A DNA stretch of 64,000 nucleotides from Mobula hypostoma (lineage: Eukaryota), in contig NC_086097.1 in assembly GCF_963921235.1 (NCBI RefSeq), forward strand, positions 213,902,001 through 213,966,000, given 5' to 3'. The notes below the pieces were generated by a model that saw only the letters and a program-made list of their open reading frames with translations, was not told where the DNA came from and ran no database searches. This document shows, piece by piece, positions 40,368 through 52,645 of this stretch. Every line of letters starts with the position of its first letter. Position 1 is the stretch's first letter. A program made the position numbers and the translations under genes.

Positions 40368-40628
40368 GGCATCCAGAGCTGTCAGAACCACTTCCTACAG
40401 TCTCAGACTCAGTTCCTACAACCCCCACGGAGGAGGCCACTGAACCTGAGATTGTTTCACAGCCACAAGTTTCACGTGCCAAACAGAGGGATTCCCCCTT
40501 GTCAGGAAAGACATTATTCCACAAGAGTAAGAACGCCTCCACAGCAATTAATTTTTTAGGCCTGAACGGGACAATTTAAAATTTACTACACTGTAGATGG
40601 CTGTGTAGAGAAGTTGTACTATACAGTA

Positions 40629-41228
40629 AGTAATGCCCTGGTTCACATGGTTCATATTTATTCTCTGTTATGCTTTTCTATTTTCTATTTTCTATTCTCA
40701 GTGTAAGCTGCTTGTTTGGATTACTGTTGAAGATAGGAGATAAGAGAAATGTGTGCTATCCATTGAGGATGAACGGATTCAGGGGGGGTTTCTCTGGTGA
40801 GGGACACTAAGGTTGGGTTTGGGGCTTTTGAGAGGGAGGAAGAGAGAAGACATCGGAGGAGTCGACCCAGAGTAGGGCCGTGGTTCGATGAGGCCCGGGT
40901 GAGATCGAAGGAGGATCAGCGGAGGGGAAACCGTGAGCTCTAACTTGTGCACATTAGACTGTTTCATTTAAAATGGGCCCTTTTCTTCTTTTTTGCTTTT
41001 TTTTACTAACCCTTTAGTCAAATTAAGAATTATAAAGCTAAATCTTTTAATTGTAAGCAGTGTACAGTCTGTAATTTGGTGGCTCTGGTTTGTAACAGGG
41101 TAACAAATCACGCAGCATCCACACAAATGGGGGGGATTTGGGGGGCTTGCACTTCAATCTCACACATTTAGCAGGGCCGGAGGGTGTCTTCCTTAGACCT
41201 GCACAGCCAATGGAACCAGAGTGTTACA
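40629..41228. mobile_element. Solo LTR nested in the 3' UTR of the Gypsy element
   Basis: Ends GTTACA; TSD agta (40625-40628 and 41229-41232); homologous to 26836-27408. Confidence 0.8.
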
Positions 41229-41338
41229 AGTAAACAATTGAGGTGCACTCTATATTGAGTTGGAGTTTATAGCTAAGCAGGGAGGAATATTGTGTATTTA
41301 ACATTTCAATAATATTTGAGTAATATTGTAAATATATT

Positions 41339-41404
41339 CACCAGCAACTTTGATGTGTGTTGCTTGAATTTCCAGCATCTGCAGAATTCCTATTGTTTTT
41401 GTTT
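41339..41404 (+). mobile_element. 66-bp PLE 3' tail inserted in the Gypsy 3' LTR
   Basis: caccagcaactttgatg..gcagaattcc; 13-bp direct repeat ttgtaaatatatt at 41326-41338 and 41405-41417; absent from the 5' LTR. Confidence 0.88.
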
Positions 41405-41769
41405 TTGTAAATATATTGTTTAATTAAGAATTCTTTGTTGATTACATAATGTATTGCAGGTTATCTATAAAACCATGTAAATGGCATATGTCATCACGTC
41501 ACCACATGATATGTGCGTGGCTTGCTTAAAGTAAAAAATGAAGTTGGACTCGTATCTCTTGGCTCCCTCGTTTTCCTTTCAATTAGTTTTTGTTTTGGCA
41601 TTGTAAAACATAACAGTTCATTCCTGGGATGAATGTATTATTTTGTAAAGTGAGGTTGGACCCAGAATGTGTGGTGACACTTACACATCCTTAACACAAA
41701 TGGAGCATTTCACTGTATGTTTTGGTGTACATGTGATAAATGAATCCAAATCCTGAACATGCACTTGCA

Positions 41770-42865
41770 GACCCCAGTCAGTTCAACTTCCTAACATCGC
41801 CTCCATAATCTCCATCAGCACAGGTGCACCACAAGGCTGTGTGCTTAGCTCCCTGCTCTACTCGTTTTACACTTATGACTGTGTGGCTAAGCACAGCTCC
41901 AATGGCACATTTAAGTTTCCCGATGACACCACTGTTGTAGGCCGAATCAAAGGTGGTGATGAATCAGCATATAGGAGGGAGACTGAAAATCTGGCTGAGT
42001 GGTGTCATAACAACAACATGTAACTCAATGGCCTCAAGACCAAGGGACTGATTATTGACATCAGAAGGAGGAAACCAGAGGCCCATGATTTAGTCCTGAT
42101 TGGAGAAACAGAGGTGGAGAAGGTCAGCAACTTTAAATTTCTCAGAGCTGATATTTCAGATGACCTCTCTAGGCCCAGCACATAGTGCAATTATGAAGAA
42201 AATACAGCAGTGAATCTACCTCCTCAGGAGTTTGTGGAGATTCGGCATGACATCTAAAACTTTGACAAACTTCTATAGATGTGTAGTGGAGAGTATATTG
42301 ACCAGCTGCATCACAACCTGGCATGGAAACACCAATATCCTTGAATGGAAAACCCAACAAAAAGTAGCGATAACAACCCAGTCTATCACAGGTAAAGTGC
42401 TCCCCCCATTGAGCACGACTACATGAAACGCTGTCGCAAAAAAAGCAGCATCCATCATCAGGGATTTCCACCACCCAGAACAGGCTCTTTTCTCACTGCT
42501 GCTATCAGGACGGTGGTACAGGGCCCTCAGGACTCACACCACCTCAGGAACAATTACTACTACTCAACCATCAGGTTCTTTTGCCCTATCATTTCCCATA
42601 ACCAATGGACTTACTTTCAAGGACTCCTCATCTCATATTCTTCTGGATTTATTATTTCTTTCTTTTTGTATTTTCACAGTTTGTTGTCTTTCGCATTCTG
42701 GTTGACCGCCCAAGTTGAGTGGTCTTTCACTGATTCTGTTATGATTATTTTTCTATAGATTTATTGAGTAAGTCCATAAGAAAATGAATTGCAGAGTTGT
42801 AGATGGTGATATACATGTACGCTGATAATAAATCGTATTGATAATAAATTTACTTTGAACTTTAT
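41770..42865 (+). mobile_element. Rex1/Babar-type LINE RT-to-3' fragment, degraded
   Basis: STGAPQGCVLSSLLYSFYTYDC..FKFPDDTTVVG. Confidence 0.85.
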
Positions 42866-42974
42866 GTCTGGCCTATACTCACTGTCATGAGGGGTTATTT
42901 GAGCGGTTAACATAATGAAAACTAATAGATTCATCTATAGCCATGAAAATCTTTTAAATCCTCTACTCTAGACT

Positions 42975-43350
42975 TTTGGGTGGTGGTGTGGAGATATGTC
43001 TCTACCAAAGGAGGTGCAAGGTGCTCCTTTCCTCTGCTTCCCTGCAAGTCACCCTTGGGCAAGATGTAGCACCTGCTTAGCCCCTTGATCAGGGCCATGT
43101 GAAGCCATGAGAGCAGGTGGTGGATAGTCATATGGGCATCGGGTGCATATCACAAGTCCTGGTTATGTGACCACAGACGCCAGGCAGACAATCTCTGAAG
43201 AGTGCTGATAATGGCTGGGAACATCCATTTTGTTAAGTCACTGTGCAGAAGAAGACAATGACAAGCCCCTTCTGTAGATAAAATTTGCCAAGAACTATCA
43301 TGTTCAAAGACCATAATCCCCCACGTCATATGACACATAATGATGATGAC
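42975..43350 (+). mobile_element. RTE-related SINE or short RTE derivative
   Basis: gaagaagacaatgacaagccccttctgtag..tttgccaagaa resembles the RTE/BovB-type motif gaaggcaatggcaaaccac; (tga)n tail. Confidence 0.5.
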
Positions 43351-43894
43351 GCTAGGTCACACTTTGATACAGATTAGACAATCAATTTAAGTGAAGTTGG
43401 ATGAAGGATAAATAAGAGCTTCCTGCTCCTTAACTGAAATAGTGCTGTGAGGTATTTTACATTATAAACACAAGAGATTCTGCATGTCCTGGAAATCCAG
43501 AGCAACACACACAGAATGCTGGAGAAACTCAGCCGATTAGGCAGGATCCAAGGAGAGGAATAAACGGTCAGCATTTCAAACTGAAGCCCATCATCATGAC
43601 TGGAAAGGAAGATTTTCCATTCATTTGGGATGTTGAACTCATTAAAGTCTCATCTAAATCTGTATTTCTTGCTCAATCCTGCATTGAGCGATAGTATAAA
43701 TTTATCTTACCTCATGCCATCAGCTCTAACTTTTGATTTCATAATAAGTTAAAGTGAGAGCCGACAGTGTCAGGGGTAGATTGGCAGAAAGCACTGCCAA
43801 GCTGCAAGTCCATGTGATTCCCATATCCAGTCATACAGTAGTAGTGCAGAGAAACGGGCCTTTTGACTGAACTCACCTATGCTAGCAATGGTAT

Positions 43895-44870
43895 CCACCA
43901 AAATCTGCAGATGCGAGAAATCCGAGCAACACACACAAAATACTGGAGGAACTCAGCAGGCCGGGCAGCATCTATGGAAAAAAAGTACAGTCGACTTTTC
44001 AGGCCGAAACCCTTCAGCAGGACTGGAGAAAAACAAAAATTGAGTGGTAGATTTGAAAGGTGGGAGGAGGAGAGAGAGAAACGCCAGGCAATAGGTGAAA
44101 CTTGGAGGGGGAGGGATGAAGCAAAGAGCAGGGAAGTTGATTGGTGAAAGAGACAGAAGGCCGTGGAAGAAAGAATAAAGGCGGGGAGGAGCACCAGAGG
44201 GAGCGGTGGATGGGCAAGATCAAGTGAGAGAGGGACAAGGGAATGGGAAATGGTGAAGGGGAGGAGGGGAGGCATTACTGGAAGTTTGAGAAATCGATAT
44301 TCATGCCATCAGGTTGGAGGCTACCCAAACATAATACAAGGTGTTTTTCCTCCAACCCTAGTGTGATCTTATCCCAACAGTGGAGGAGGCCATGGATGGA
44401 CATATCAGAATGGGAATAGGAAGTGGAATAAAAATAGGTGGCTACTGGGAGATCCTGCTTGTTCTGGCGGATGGAGCGTAGATGCTCGGTGAAGTGGTCT
44501 CCCAATCTACATCAGGTCTCACCGATTACAAGAGGCCACACCGGGAGCATCGAACACAATATATGATCCCAGCATTCTCTCCGGGGAAGAATCACCTCAC
44601 TTGGAAGGACTGTTTGGGGCCCTGAATGGTAGTGAGGGAGGAGGTGTAGGGGCAGGTGTAGTACATGTTCTGCTGGCAAGGATAAGCACCAGGAGGGAGA
44701 TCAGTGGGGAGGTATGAATGAACAAGGGAGTCATGTAGGGAGCAATCCCTGAGGAAAGCAGAAAGTGGGCGGGGGGGTGGTGGGGAAGATGTGAAATGCA
44801 TTTGAAGGTGGAATCCCACATCTTCCCCCTGGTGAGATCCACTTGGAGGTGGGGGAAGCTACGGAGAATA
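43895..44870 (-). mobile_element. Older PLE with GIY-YIG remnant; variant hammerhead 43989-44024 (CTGCTGA core)
   Basis: GDHFTEHLRSIRQNKQDLPVAT..GSLQPDGMNIDFSNF. Confidence 0.85.
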
Positions 44871-44879
44871 ATGGTATCC

Positions 44880-46680
44880 ACCAAGCAAGTCCCAATTGCC
44901 TGCATTTGGCCCATTTACCTAGAAACTCCTCATATCCATATATTTATGGAAATGTCTTTTAAATGTTGCATTGTACCTGCTTCAGCCATTTCCACTGACA
45001 GTTCATTCCATCTGCCCACCATCCTGTGTGTGAATGCAGTGTGCGTGCGCCGGTCCGCATGCAGCCTGCCACAGCTGTTCCAGCTAGTTTTCTTACTTTT
45101 TTCTTCTTACTTTTTTTAACTTACGTTATTTGTTGTATTTTTTACACTGTAACACGTTGATGCTGCAACCTCTCTAACATGCTGGTGGAGAGAGTTTTAT
45201 TTGGGTTTTTAGCGCTGGAAATAGTTACATCTGGATACGTCTCATTAGCGAGGCAGCAGTATGCTCGCATTGTTTATTCCAGGGACCAGCTGATTGCGCT
45301 TATGCCGGCTGGTTTAGCGAAAAGAGCAGCAGACACCCCTGCTGAAATCTGGAGGAAAACACACAGAGGATGCAGAGGGGAATCAAAAAGGCGACGAAAT
45401 AGGACCGGGTCAAGACAACAGAGACTTATGGAGAAGAGGAGTTCTCGACTTGGACTGTACGTGGATATACCCAACCAAAACTTCTCCATGGAGGGCTTCC
45501 AGACCGTTGGGGCTGACCAGTAGTGCACTGAGAGCGGTAAGCGTAAAGGAGTTGGGGGCTTACTGTTCTGATTAACAATGGATGGTGCAATCCTGCTCAT
45601 ATTACGATTGAGGAACGTGTTTGTAGTTCAGATATTGCACTTTTTGCTGTTGGACTCCTTCCATATTCCACTGAGGTACAACACTTGTCATCATGGGAGG
45701 TGGTTCCTGCCTGTGGCCATCGAATTTTGCAGCTCTTCCCGTGGAGGGTCAGAAACCTTGAGCCAATAGGCTGGTCCTGGACTTATTTCCATCTGGCATA
45801 GTTTGCATATTGTTGTTTGATTGTTTGTGGTTTTTGTATTTCTATATTTATGCTCTATTCTTGGTTGGTGCAGCTGTGACAAAACTCAATTTCCCTCGGG
45901 ATCAATAAAGTATGTCTATGTCTATGTGAAGAAGTTGCCCGTCAGATCTGTTTTAAACCTTTCACCTAAAAAATATGGCCCCTAGTTTTTAGTTCCCCTT
46001 CTTTGGGAAAAAGACTGTAAAAATACCATCTATACCCCTCATGATATTATAAACACCTATAAGGTCACTCCTCAGCCTGTGTTTCAAGGAAAAAAGTTCT
46101 TGCCTGCCATCCTTTCTTTATAAGCCAGGCTCTCAAGTCATGCCAACATCATTACATTTTCCTTGCACTATTAGCAATTTAATGATATCTTTCTGGCAAC
46201 AGGGCAACAAAAACTGTACACAATACTCCAAGAGCAGTCTCACTAATATCTTGTATAACTGCAAAATAATGTCCCATCTCTTATATTTAATTCCCCAAAT
46301 GGTGAAAGCCAGACAAACACCTTCTTTCCACCCCACCTACTTGTGGCAGTGCTTTCAGTGAACTATATATTCCTATTCCTAGGTCCCCCATTCCACAAGG
46401 TGGTCAGTGCCCATCGAGTCACACTACAACTTCTGTGCCAGTCTGCCTTCCCAAAATGAAACAATTCTCACTAACTGAATTGGAAACCATCAGCCCACTT
46501 AACTAGCTAATCAAAATTCTCCTGTAAATTCTGGTGACTTCTTCAATCTGTGTGCTACCGCCAACTTAGTACTTCCACAAACCATGACTTGAACATTCAT
46601 GCTTAAATCACTTACATAAATAACAAACATGCAAGGTCCCTGTGGTACACCAGTGGTCTCCAGTCTGACAAACAAGGTTT
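44880..46680 (-). mobile_element. Degraded CR1 split by a Rex/Babar derivative
   Basis: LQLYKILVRLLLEYCVQF (46133-46336); GVPQGP (~46640). Confidence 0.75.
45035..45924 (+). mobile_element. Internally deleted Rex1/Babar element retaining its 5' end, partial APE endonuclease and 3' end
   Basis: YSRDQLIAL..HRGCRG N-terminus, APE remnant (MEGFQTV.AD..SGKRKG), then FLPVAIEF..SETLSQ* and a (tatgtc)n tail; tgtgaa duplicated at 45029-45034 and 45925-45930. Confidence 0.75.
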
Positions 46681-46687
46681 GACTATC

Positions 46688-46862
46688 ACTAACAAGAGGA
46701 AAAATATGAAGATGCAGGAAATCCAAGCAACACGCATAAAATGTTGGAGAGCTCAGCAGGCCAGTCCTGCCGAAGGGTCTCGGCCCCAAAACGTCCACTG
46801 TACTTTTTTCCATAGATGCTGCCTGGCCTGCTGTTTATCTCCGGCTTTTGTGTGTGTTGCGT
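46688..46862. mobile_element. Small inverted PLE-terminal cassette with degenerate hammerhead
   Basis: Minus-oriented tail joined to ccagtcctgccgaagggtctcggccccaaaacgtccactg. Confidence 0.7.
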
Positions 46863-47699
46863 TGACCATCACTCTCTGCTTCCAGCTATGAATCTAATTG
46901 GATATCTCCTTCTGGTTTCCATCCAGATTGACTCAAATGTTCAAAGGTTCATTTAATATCAAAGAAAACAACTCTGAAAATCTTCTTGTCCAGATAGCCA
47001 CGAAATCAAGAAAGGAAAGAACGGCAACACAATCATTGACCCCAAAAGCCCTCCTCCCTGCACACAAAGAAATAGTAAGGTTCACACAAGCTGCCTCTGC
47101 CTCCTGAAATCATCTCAGAGACTGCAGAGCATTGAAATACTCAAACAATCTACAAGCTGCAAATCACAGGCTCCAACAGTTCCAGAATCGCATTCAAGAT
47201 GAAAAACAAACATAAATGACGTAAAACAATGGAAAGATATGGTTTTGTGATCTATCTAGAAAATGTCCAATTGCTGGAGCATTGTATGCAGGCGCCATTT
47301 TGAGTGGACTCTACGTCCTCTCAGCCTGCTTCCTGCCAGGACTCCATTCCACCTGCTCAGTTTCCCTGCCTCGGGCATGTCCGTTTCGATGATGCCACCT
47401 TCTATGTCGATGCATCCAAACAGTGCCTTCCTTTTTCATTACTCATGGTTTTCCCTTTTCCACAGTTGATGCAGCTCACTGGACTGCTCCATATTCTCTC
47501 CACCCCAAACCAGGAAAGTAATAGAGATACAGATGCCTTCACTTTCACCCTAGTGGCCTCTGATGCTCTGAATCTTCTGATACATCGAATGCAATGGACG
47601 TGTCAGAAGACCACCAACACATGGCCGCCTCCCCCCCTCCCCCCTCTTCCTTTTCCTGGGTGGATTCCAAAAGGACCATTCTATACCTCTGTATGCCTG

Positions 47700-48260
47700 G
47701 CTGACTCAAGTATCTGTCCAGAACTCTTAAATGTGATTACTGTTCCTGCCTCCACCACTTCTGGCAGCTCATTCCAAATGCCAACTATTCTTTGTGTAAA
47801 AAGATTTAGATCCCCGTGTCCCCACACACCTTCTCACCCTCTCATTGTAGCACTCGTGTTTTAAACCACCCTATTATTGGAAATAGACATTGCTCTATCC
47901 TTTCTGAGCCTCTCATAATTTTATATACAGTACTTCTGTCACATCAACTCTCAAACTTTTTCACCCCAGGCCCAACTGATCAAAACTCTACTTATAACTG
48001 AAGTCTTCCAATCCATGTGGCATCCTTGTGATTTTTGTCCCGTACCCCTTCGTTTAATTATGTCCTTTCCATAGTGTGGTGACCAAAACTGAGTACAATG
48101 CACCAAGCATGGCCTAACCAACGTTTTATATCTGTAACACCCCAACTCTTATACTCTGGGCCTCAGCATGGCATACACCTCTCAGCATCAACAATCAGCA
48201 CAGATTCAAAAAAAGCAAGGTCATGTTTAATTAATTTGGGGATTTTTTGGTGACATCCTG
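47700..48260 (-). mobile_element. Degraded CR1 3' fragment
   Basis: YKTLVRPCLVHCTQFWSPHYGKDII. Confidence 0.75.
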
Positions 48261-48659
48261 GAAACAGTATAGGTTCAGGTTTATTTATCGCACATACTTT
48301 GAAACAGTGAAGTGTGTAGTTTGCATTCAGAACCAATATACCCAAGGATGTGCTAAGTGCAGCTCCCAAGTGTCACCACACATTGCAGTGCTAACATAGC
48401 ACGCCCATAATACTCGGCAGAACAACACAGAACTCAAAATAGAACATACCAAGTGACAAAGCAACAACAAGCCATGGCCCCAATAAATTTACTACCACGA
48501 ATACAAGGCTCACTTGTCTGGAGTTCCCTGGTTTATCCTTGCTACGTTCTTAAATCAAGACACATCAGCCATTGTCCAGTTTTCCAGTTGCTCATTATGC
48601 CAAATAAAGACACAAAAATTTCCGCCAAGTCCTCAGCCACCTCCACTCAAGCTTCCCAC

Positions 48660-49040
48660 AACGGGGTTGTTTTCTCTTGAGCAGTGGAGGTTGAAGGGAC
48701 ATTTGATAGAAATTCATAAAAACAGGCGAATCATAGATAGAGTATACAGTCAGCAATTTCTAGCAGTGAAGGGCATATATGAAAGTACAAAGAGATGAGA
48801 GACAAGTTCTTTTACACAGGGTGTGGTGGAGACCTGGAATGCACTGTCAACAGAGGTGATAGAGAGCACAGGTCCATTTAAGAGACTCTTAAAATAGCAA
48901 ATGAATGTGCAGAAAAGGAAGTGAAATGGGCAACCGAAGGGAAGAGGAATGAGATTAATTGGGAGTCTTTGGTTTAATTAGTTTGACACAATATCGTGAG
49001 CTGAAGAGCCTGTCCTGTATTGAATGTTCTATGTTCTCAG
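48660..49040 (+). mobile_element. Degraded CR1 3' end
   Basis: GLFSLEQWRLKGHLIEIHK; (tgttcta)n tail. Confidence 0.72.
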
Positions 49041-49120
49041 CACTGCACTAAAGATTATTGTGGAAAATGAAATCTCACAGAATGTATGAGGTAACATGCT
49101 AATAATAGGTAGAAGATCAG

Positions 49121-51079
49121 ATTAGCACAATTTGGTCTTTTTTCAGGTTATAAATTAAATCTTAGTAAGAGTGAACTCTTTCCGATTAATAAACAACTTC
49201 CCTTATATTATAAATTTCCATTTAAATTGATTAATAATTATTTTTCATATCTTGGGATTAAAATTACTTGTAAATACAAAGATTTATTTAAGACTAACTT
49301 TTTACCATTAATAGACCATATTATTCAACTTTCATCTAAATGGTTTCCTTTATATTTAACTTTGATTGGTCGTATTAATGCAGTTAAGATTTTTTTTTGC
49401 CAAATTTTTTATATATATTTCAGGCATTACCAATCTTTGTTCCAAAATCTTTTTTTGACAAAGTTGACTCTAAAATTTCTTCATCTATTTGGCAGAATAA
49501 AAACCCGAGACTGGGTAAAATACATTTACAGAAAGCTAAGAGAGATGGAGGCTTAGCATTACCTAACTTTAGATTTTATTATTGGGCAATTAATATTCGA
49601 CATATGAAATTCTGGTTACTGGACCAGGATATACTATCCATTCCTAAATGGGTAGCATTGGAATTACAATCTGTTCAGGGTTTTACACTTGGCTCTATTT
49701 TAGGTTCCTCTCTTCCTTTTGATTTGAAACGCCTTAAACAGGTGTCTAACCCGATAGTTAAATATACCTTGTGTATTTGGTTTCAATTCAGAAAATTTTT
49801 TGATCTTAATCAATTTGGGTTAGCGATTCCTATTTTAGGTAACATATTTTTTCCTCCCTCTTTTACGGATCGTGCTTTTCAAACTTGGAAGACTAAGGGT
49901 ATTTCACGGTTTTTGGATTTATTTTTAGATGGTTCCCTTATGTCTTTTGAACAATTATCTAATAAATATAACTTATCAAGAATACATTTTTTTAGATATC
50001 TACAAGTTAGAAATTTCCTAAGTACTATACTTTCTTCCTTTCCAATGCTTCCTCCTACATACATTTTAGATACTATAATCAACCTTAATCCATGTCAGAA
50101 AGGTGCATCGGCTATGATTTATAATATTATTATGAAACTTAGGAAAGCTCCATTAGATAAGATTAGGGTAGATTGGGAACAGGAATTGGGGTTTTCCATT
50201 TCCGTGGATGACTGGGGGCAGATTTTACAATTAGTCAATACTTCGTCTATCTGTGCTAAACATTCCCTAATTCAATTTAAAGTTGTTCATAGAGCACATA
50301 TGTCCAAAGATAAGTTAGCGCGCTTTTATTCTCATATTAATCCTTTCTGTGATAGATGTCCGGGGCAGATAACCTCTTTAACTCATATGTTTTGGTCTTG
50401 CCCTACTTTGGAAACTTTTTGGAGAGACATTTTTAATATTATCTCCAAGGTATTGAATATAGATATCTCTCCTCACCCTATTACTGCTATCTTTGGACTG
50501 CCTAAAATTTCCAGTAATCTTTCTCCTTCAGCCCGTAGAATGATTGCATTTCTTACTTTAATGGCGAAAAGATGTATCTTACAACATTGGAAAGAGCTTA
50601 ATGCTCCAACTACCTTTTTTTGGTTTTCTCAGATGATATTATGCTTGAATCTGGAGAAAATTAGAAGCAATCTTTATGACTCCTCATTTAAATTTGAACA
50701 GACTTGGAGATCTTTTATTCAATATTTTCATTGAATGTAATATATACCCTTCTTGTTTTTTTTTACTGTTTTTAATGGAGGTCGGGATTGAGGACGTGAT
50801 TTTAAGTTTAACTCTGTTTGGTTTCAAGTTAGCCCATTGCTTTGCTTTGCTTTCAGTTAGTTGCACGGTGGGTTTTTTTTTTCCTTTTCTCTATTGATAT
50901 ATATATAAAATTAGTATACTATTATGTTACCTTGGTATGTTATGTTTAAATTACATTGTTTGTATTTTTTTTTGTATTAATATCTTGTGTAATTTTATTA
51001 TATTCTAACAGTGTATTAGTGTCTATATGGCTTACCTTTTTGTATACTTATTTAATAAAAAGATTTAAAAAGAAAAGAA
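49121..51079 (+). mobile_element. L1/Tx1-clade LINE, 5'-truncated ORF2 C-terminal half
   Basis: FSYLGI, LTLIGRINAVK, DGGLALPNF..YYWA, zinc-binding CDRC..HMFWSC; 445-aa open stretch; aataaa plus A tail; 10-bp TSD agaagatcag (49111-49120 and 51080-51089). Confidence 0.93.
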
Positions 51080-51114
51080 AGAAGATCAGCTGGCTAACAG
51101 GATCGGGATAGGAA

Positions 51115-51330
51115 TGAACAAGAGAAAATCTGCAGATGCTGTAAATCAAAGTAATGCTGGAGGAACTCAGCAGGCCAGGCGACATCTATGGAAAAGAGTA
51201 AACAGTCGATGTTTTGGGCCGATACCCTTTATCAGGCCCTGATGGAGTGTCTTGGCTCGAAACATTGACTGTTTACTCTTTTCCAGAGATGCTGCCTGGG
51301 CTGCTGAGTTCCTCCAGCATTTTGTGTGTA
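51115..51330. mobile_element. Palindromic PLE-terminal cassette with two degenerate hammerheads head-to-head
   Basis: Arms meet at ..ccctttatcagg|ccctgatggag.. (~51237). Confidence 0.78.
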
Positions 51331-51958
51331 GGACAGGAATGAATTTTTTTTCCGCTTTGGTGGGCAAGACAATGAACTGTGTGTTATAGGGATCAACCTG
51401 TTTTTATAATTTATAGGACTGACAGATGTAGGTGTTGAAGGTATGGTTGCTAAGACAGATAGGAAATTAAGTTACAAGGGGATGTAAGGATGTTGTAAAG
51501 AGCTACGGAGTGGGCAAACATCTGGCAAATGTGAGGAAATATAAAATTGTCTATTTTGGTAAGAATACCAAAAAAGATAAACACATTATTTAAACGTGTT
51601 GACTAGAGAAATGCCTGGAAGGGGCAGATTAGATTACAAGGAAATTACAAAGGTTGGATCAGCTGTGCTTGTTTCTGTGAGAAGAGTGAGAAGGGACTTG
51701 ATTAAAACATACAAGGTCCAGAAGAGTTTTGACAAGGTGGATGTGGAGGGGATGTTTCCTGTTATTGGAGAGTCTGGAACTTGGGTCATTGTTTTGTAAT
51801 AAGGAGCTGTCCATTTAAGACAGAAGAAGTGAAAATCTTGCTCAGTGGATCATGCACATTTGAACTATTTTTCTCAAAGAACAGAGGATGCAGAAACTTT
51901 GAATATTTTTAAGGCAGAGTTAGGTATATTCTTGATAAGCAATATGTTACTGTGGGTA

Positions 51959-52645
51959 ACACACATCAAAGTTGCTGGTGAACGCAGCAGGCCAAGCAGC
52001 ATCTATAGGAAGAGGCGCAGTCGACGTTTCAGGCTGAGACCCTTCGTCAGGACTAACTGAAGGAAGAGTGAGTAAGGGATTTGAAAGATGGAGGGGGAGG
52101 GGGAGATGCAAAATGATAGGAGAAGACAGGAGGGGGAGGGATAGAGCCGAGAGCTGGACAGGTGATAGGCAAAAGGGGATACGAGAGGATCATGGGACAG
52201 GAGGTCCGGGAAGAAAGACGGGGGGGGGGTGACCCAGAGGATGGGCAAGAGGTATATTCAGAGGGACAGAGGGAGAAAAAGGAGAGTGAGAGAAAGAATG
52301 TGTGCATAAAAATGAGTAACAGATGGGGTACGAGGGGGAGGTGGGGCCTAGCGGAAGTTAGAGAAGTCAATGTTCATGCCATCAGGTTGGAGGCTACCCT
52401 ATCACCTGTCCAGCTCTCGGCTCTATCCCTCCCCCTCCTGTCTTCTCCTATCATTTTGCATCTCCCCCTCCCCCTCCAGCTTTCAAATCCCTTACTCACT
52501 CTTCCTTCAGTTAGTCCTGACGAAGGGTCTCGGCCTGAAACGTCGACTGCGCCTCTTCCTATAGATGCTGCTTGGCCTGCTGCGTTCACCAGCAACTTTG
52601 ATGTGTGTTGCTTGAATTTCCAGCATCTGCAGAATTCCTGTTGTT
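51959..52645. mobile_element. Young inverted PLE cassette with two intact hammerhead motifs (52019-52054 -, 52513-52548 +)
   Basis: Near-perfect inverted arms; 16-bp direct repeat tatgttactgtgggta at 51943-51958 and 52646-52661; sits in an old CR1 3' end. Confidence 0.92.

Larger units (their letters stand above)
37486..41615 (+). mobile_element. Decayed Gypsy/Ty3 LTR retrotransposon lacking the pol core (5' LTR 37486-37739, 3' LTR ~41288-41615)
   Basis: Diverged direct LTRs ending taaca; PBS tggtgac at 37741; PPT agcagggaggaa; gag from 37971 (EQYFEANEI, LRDHLVCGL) with CCHC knuckles (CRKCNKVGYIQRAC); protease end PALWGHYWLRQLQL; no clear TSD. Confidence 0.88.
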
